Positions 48,663 through 52,409 of a stretch of 52,409 nucleotides of DNA are shown here, one piece after another. The notes under the pieces were generated by a model. That model was given only the letters and a program-made list of their open reading frames with translations, was not told where the DNA came from and searched no databases. Position numbers and translations under genes: made by a program. The stretch is from NCBI GenBank assembly GCA_043805375.1, contig JAZDIA010000019.1, positions 1 through 52,409 of the forward strand. The letters are read 5' to 3'. The stretch's first letter is position 1, and every line of letters starts with the position of its first letter. This stretch comes from Pseudomonadota bacterium. Lineage in GTDB: Bacteria > Pseudomonadota > Gammaproteobacteria > Burkholderiales > SG8-39.

Positions 48663-51221
48663 ATGCAACCGGGCACTAGCTACAATCTCGAGGTCAATCC
48701 CAGAATTCCGCAGCGGCTTATCCGGCTGGAGGAGTTGGCCAACAATTTGTGGTATAGCTGGGACATCATGCCTACGCGGGTGCTGTTTTCGCGCCTGGAC
48801 CAAGTCTTGTGGAATGCCGTAGGACACAGCCCCAAGGCATTGCTCAAGCGCATCGATCAGCAGCGCCTGATCGATGCGGCCGAGGACAAGGTGTTTATCG
48901 ACAACTACAACCGCGTGCTCTCGGCCTACGATAGTTATCATGGAGAACCGACGCGTCGCGACGCAGCGGAGCAACCGCTCGCGCAGTCCGATCTGGTCGC
49001 CTATTTCTGTGCCGAATTCGGTTTCCATGAGAGCCTGCCGATCTACTCCGGCGGCCTTGGCATTCTCGCCGGCGATCACTGCAAGGCGGCAAGCGACATG
49101 CGCCTGCCTTTCGTCGGTGTCGGCCTGCTCTACCGGCAGGGATATTTCTTCCAGACCGTAGACAGTCGCGGCAATCAGGGGGCTGAGTATGTGGATTCGG
49201 ATTTCGAGGATCTGCCGATCTCGCCGGCGCAGCGCGAAGACGGGTCGGAGTTGAAAGTCGCCGTCGACTTCCCCGGGCGCCAGGTCACGGCGAAAGTGTG
49301 GCGGGTGCGGGTCGGCTGCGTGAGCCTGTACCTGCTCGACACCGACATCGAGGAAAACACCGCGCGCGACCGCAATATCGCGCACCAGCTCTATGGCGGC
49401 GACCGCATCACCCGCATAGAGCAGGAAATCGTGCTCGGCCTCGGCGGGGTACGCGCGCTCGCCGCGCTCGGCTTGAAGCCTACGGTCTGGCACATCAACG
49501 AAGGGCACGCGGCGTTCCTGATCCTGGAGCGCTTGCGCGCCCTGGTGCAGCAGGGCCTGGATTTCGCCGGCGCGCTCGAGGCGGTCGCGGTCAACACGGT
49601 GTTTACCACCCACACCTCCGTCCCCGCTGGGCATGATAATTTCTCCACGCAGATGCTGTTGAATTATTTCCAGGACTGGTGCAGCGAGCTGCGGATTCCC
49701 GCCGACCACCTGCTGTCGCTGGGGCTGGGGCCGGGCGCGACCGAATTCAATATGACCACGCTCGCGGTACGCGGCTCGCGTTTCCATAATGGCGTGTCCA
49801 AAATTCACGGCGAAGTATCGTCGCGGATACTCGGAGATCTGTGGCCGCAAGTCCAGCCGGAAGAAAATCCGATCACCTCGATCACCAACGGCGTGCACGT
49901 GCCGACCTTCCTGTCGCCGGAATGGGCCGACGTATTCGACCGCTTTCTCGGCTACGGCTGGAGCCAGAGGCTAAGCGACCAGAGTTGCTGGGATCAGATC
50001 AGCGAGGTGCCGGATCACGTTTTCTGGAGTACCCGCCAGCACCTGAAGTCGCAATTGCTGCACCTGGTGCGCTACCGCCTGCGCGAGCAAAACGCGCGCA
50101 ACCAGGGCAGCGAAGCGCATCTGGACCGGCTCCTCCGGCTCACCAATCCGGATAACCCCGGCGTGCTGATCATCGGTTTCGGCCGCCGCTTTGCCACCTA
50201 CAAGCGCGCCGCGCTGCTGTTCGAGGATCTCGACTGGTTGCGCGAGTTGCTCGGCGACCCCCAGCGCCCCGTGCTGTTTCTGTTCGCCGGCAAGGCGCAT
50301 CCGGCCGATGTGCCCGGGCAGGACCTGATCCGGCGGGTGATGCAGGTGGCGCAAATGCCGGAATTCGAGGGCAAGATACTGCTGGTTGAGGGCTACGATC
50401 TGCGGCTTGCCCGGCGCATGGTCGCCGGCGTCGACGTCTGGCTCAACAATCCGGTTTATCCGCTTGAGGCCTCAGGCACCTCGGGCATGAAAGCGGCAAT
50501 CAACGGCGTGGTCAACCTGTCGGTGCTCGACGGCTGGTGGGGCGAAGGCTACGACGGCACCAACGGCTGGGCGATCAAGCCGGCCGCTGCCGGGCTGGAC
50601 GATTCGAACCGCAATCGCGAGGAAGCGCGCACGCTCTACGAAATTCTGCAGGATCACGTCATTCCGCTTTACTACAACCGCACCAGCGCGGGCTACTCGC
50701 CCGAATGGGTGAAACTGGCGAAGCGCTCCATCGCCAGTCTGTTGCCGCGCTTCAATTCTGCGCGCATGGTGGGGGAGTACGTCGCCAAGTGCTATCTGCC
50801 CGCCGCGCAGCAAGGCCGGCGCTATGCCGAGAACCAGTTCGAGGTCGCGCGCTCGATCGCCGCCTGGAAGTCGCGGGCACGGCAGGCGTGGCCGGGGGTG
50901 ACGCTAAGGCGACTCAATTCGCCGCAGAAGCGCATCCGGTTCGGCGAAACGGTGCACATTAGAACGGCGCTAAAGCTGAACGGCCTCGCTGCCGAAGATG
51001 TGGCGGTGGAATTGCTGCTCCACCGGACCGGGGAATTCGGCAATGGCGCGCTGGCGCACCACCGGTTTATCGCGCAAGGCGCCGATGGGAGCGGCGAGCA
51101 CCTTTTTTCGCTGGAACTTGCCCCGGAGCTGTGCGGCAAGCTGGATTACCGCATCCGCGCCTATCCGTGGCACGAGTTATTGACCCACCCCTTCGAACTG
51201 GGGCTGATGATTTGGGTTTGA
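48663..51221 (+). CDS. glgP: Alpha-glucan (glycogen) phosphorylase
   Basis: AEFG..ESLPIYSGGLGILAGD, HINEGH, ITNGVH, RRFATYKRA, EASGTSGMK (PLP Lys), SVLDGWW. Confidence 0.95.
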   Translation: MQPGTSYNLEVNPRIPQRLIRLEELANNLWYSWDIMPTRVLFSRLDQVLWNAVGHSPKALLKRIDQQRLIDAAEDKVFIDNYNRVLSAYDSYHGEPTRRDAAEQPLAQSDLVAYFCAEFGFHESLPIYSGGLGILAGDHCKAASDMRLPFVGVGLLYRQGYFFQTVDSRGNQGAEYVDSDFEDLPISPAQREDGSELKVAVDFPGRQVTAKVWRVRVGCVSLYLLDTDIEENTARDRNIAHQLYGGDRITRIEQEIVLGLGGVRALAALGLKPTVWHINEGHAAFLILERLRALVQQGLDFAGALEAVAVNTVFTTHTSVPAGHDNFSTQMLLNYFQDWCSELRIPADHLLSLGLGPGATEFNMTTLAVRGSRFHNGVSKIHGEVSSRILGDLWPQVQPEENPITSITNGVHVPTFLSPEWADVFDRFLGYGWSQRLSDQSCWDQISEVPDHVFWSTRQHLKSQLLHLVRYRLREQNARNQGSEAHLDRLLRLTNPDNPGVLIIGFGRRFATYKRAALLFEDLDWLRELLGDPQRPVLFLFAGKAHPADVPGQDLIRRVMQVAQMPEFEGKILLVEGYDLRLARRMVAGVDVWLNNPVYPLEASGTSGMKAAINGVVNLSVLDGWWGEGYDGTNGWAIKPAAAGLDDSNRNREEARTLYEILQDHVIPLYYNRTSAGYSPEWVKLAKRSIASLLPRFNSARMVGEYVAKCYLPAAQQGRRYAENQFEVARSIAAWKSRARQAWPGVTLRRLNSPQKRIRFGETVHIRTALKLNGLAAEDVAVELLLHRTGEFGNGALAHHRFIAQGADGSGEHLFSLELAPELCGKLDYRIRAYPWHELLTHPFELGLMIWV

Positions 51222-51297
51222 ATTAGTTTACCGGCGCGGGGCGGCGACCAAGGCGGGCGAAGCGATGGGCGAATGTCTTGCGGATCTGAAGCGTTTC

Positions 51298-52368
51298 TTA
51301 TCGCTGCTTCGCCAGCCGCGCGTAAATCGCGGCATAGCGCCGCGCACTCGTTTCCCAGCCGAAATCCCTGGCCATGCCGTTTCGCTGCAGCATGCGCCAG
51401 CGGGCGTTGTCGCGCCAGACGCCGGCGGCGCGACGTACCGCGGCGAGCAAGGCTCGCGCGCCGGCTTCGTGGAACAGGAAGCCGCTGGCACTGCCGTCGG
51501 CGAGGGTCGCCGGGTTGTAGTCAACGACGGTGTCCGCGAGCCCGCCGGTTGCACGCGCAACCGGCGGCGTGCCATAGCGCTGGCTGTACATCTGGTTCAT
51601 GCCGCAGGGCTCGAAGCGCGAAGGCATGAGGAAGGCGTCGGCGCCGGCTTCGATCAGATGCGCCAGCGGCTCGTCGAAACCGATGGTGGTGCTCACCTTC
51701 CCGGGATGGCGGTGCGCCAGCGCGCGAAATCCGTGTTCCAGCTTCGGCTCGCCGCTGCCGAGCAGGGCGAGTTGCGCCGGCAGCGACAGCACCTGCGGCG
51801 CGATCTCGAGCAGCCAGTCGAGTCCTTTCTGCGCGGTGAGGCGGCTCACCGCCGCAAACAAGGGCACGGAGGGCGAGGGCGCGAGGCCGAGACGCCGTTG
51901 CAGCGCGCGCTTGTTGACGCCTTTAGCTGCGAGCGTAGCGGCATCGTAGCGGCAGGCGATCGAGGGATCGGTGGCCGGGTTCCACAAACGGGTATCGATG
52001 CCGTTGAGAATGCCGCTGAGGCTGTCGCGCCGCGCGGCGAGCAGTCCTTGAAGGCCAAAACCGAGGGCTTCGCTTTGAATCTCGATCGCATAGGTAGGGC
52101 TGACCGTGGTGATCGCGCCGGCGCACTGCAGGCCGGACTTGAGAAACGAAAGCTTGCCGTAGTACTCGGCTCCATCCGGCGTGAAGCACTCCGGCGGCAG
52201 GCCGAGCGCGGCGACCATCTGCGGCTCGAATATCCCCTGATAGGCGAGATTGTGTATGGTCTGCAGCGTCGCCGCGCGCGCGCCGGCGGCGTAGCGCAGA
52301 TAGATCGGAGCGAGGCCTGTCTGCCAGTCGTTGCAGTGGACCACTTCGGGTTGCCAGTCGAGCGGCGT
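51298..52368 (-). CDS. glgA: Glycogen synthase, 3' part (5' end beyond window)
   Basis: VHCNDWQTG, TIHNLAYQG, TVSPTYA, GILNGID, SRLTAQKG, MPSRFEPCG, TGGLADTV. Confidence 0.95.
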   Translation of the reverse strand, partial: TPLDWQPEVVHCNDWQTGLAPIYLRYAAGARAATLQTIHNLAYQGIFEPQMVAALGLPPECFTPDGAEYYGKLSFLKSGLQCAGAITTVSPTYAIEIQSEALGFGLQGLLAARRDSLSGILNGIDTRLWNPATDPSIACRYDAATLAAKGVNKRALQRRLGLAPSPSVPLFAAVSRLTAQKGLDWLLEIAPQVLSLPAQLALLGSGEPKLEHGFRALAHRHPGKVSTTIGFDEPLAHLIEAGADAFLMPSRFEPCGMNQMYSQRYGTPPVARATGGLADTVVDYNPATLADGSASGFLFHEAGARALLAAVRRAAGVWRDNARWRMLQRNGMARDFGWETSARRYAAIYARLAKQR

Positions 52369-52409
52369 GGGCGCCCGGCCGCGCCCCCGGGGCCCCCCGC
52401 GCCCCCGCC

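Noticed and set aside
52369-52409. 41-nt stretch containing only G and C at the window end
   Set aside because: Interrupts recognisable glgA sequence at the very end; most likely a low-quality contig end, not a biological repeat

Overview
High-GC, probably betaproteobacterial chromosome segment (inferred from the secY-infA-rpmJ order and protein style). Bases 1-15043 hold the 3' end of tuf and the complete S10-spc-alpha ribosomal superoperon through rplQ and its terminator. Several ribosomal proteins (S3, L15, S19, L22, L3, S5) carry Lys/Ala/Pro-rich or repetitive terminal extensions. Bases 15-44 kb are an accessory, visibly decaying region. It contains a phenylglyoxylate dehydrogenase operon (padEFGHI, padE broken) with a divergent LysR, a shattered indolepyruvate-oxidoreductase pair, and a sugar-acid cluster whose IlvD/Edd dehydratase has collapsed to 59 codons. 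It also carries an intact 4-hydroxybutyryl-CoA dehydratase and five toxin-antitoxin loci, four of them with the toxin destroyed. A ~2 kb islet behind the LysR gene is bounded by a 10-bp direct repeat and a duplicated LysR 3' end. It encodes a 136-aa protein that appears to keep the catalytic Cys and 2-His-1-Glu iron motif of sulfur oxygenase reductase; this is my best candidate for an undescribed system. A ~63-bp two-hairpin intergenic element recurs upstream of padH and glgP. Bases 44-52 kb are ordinary housekeeping genes (thioesterase, ATM1-type ABC, pbpG, glgP, partial glgA). All homology calls are from motif recognition by eye, not database searches.
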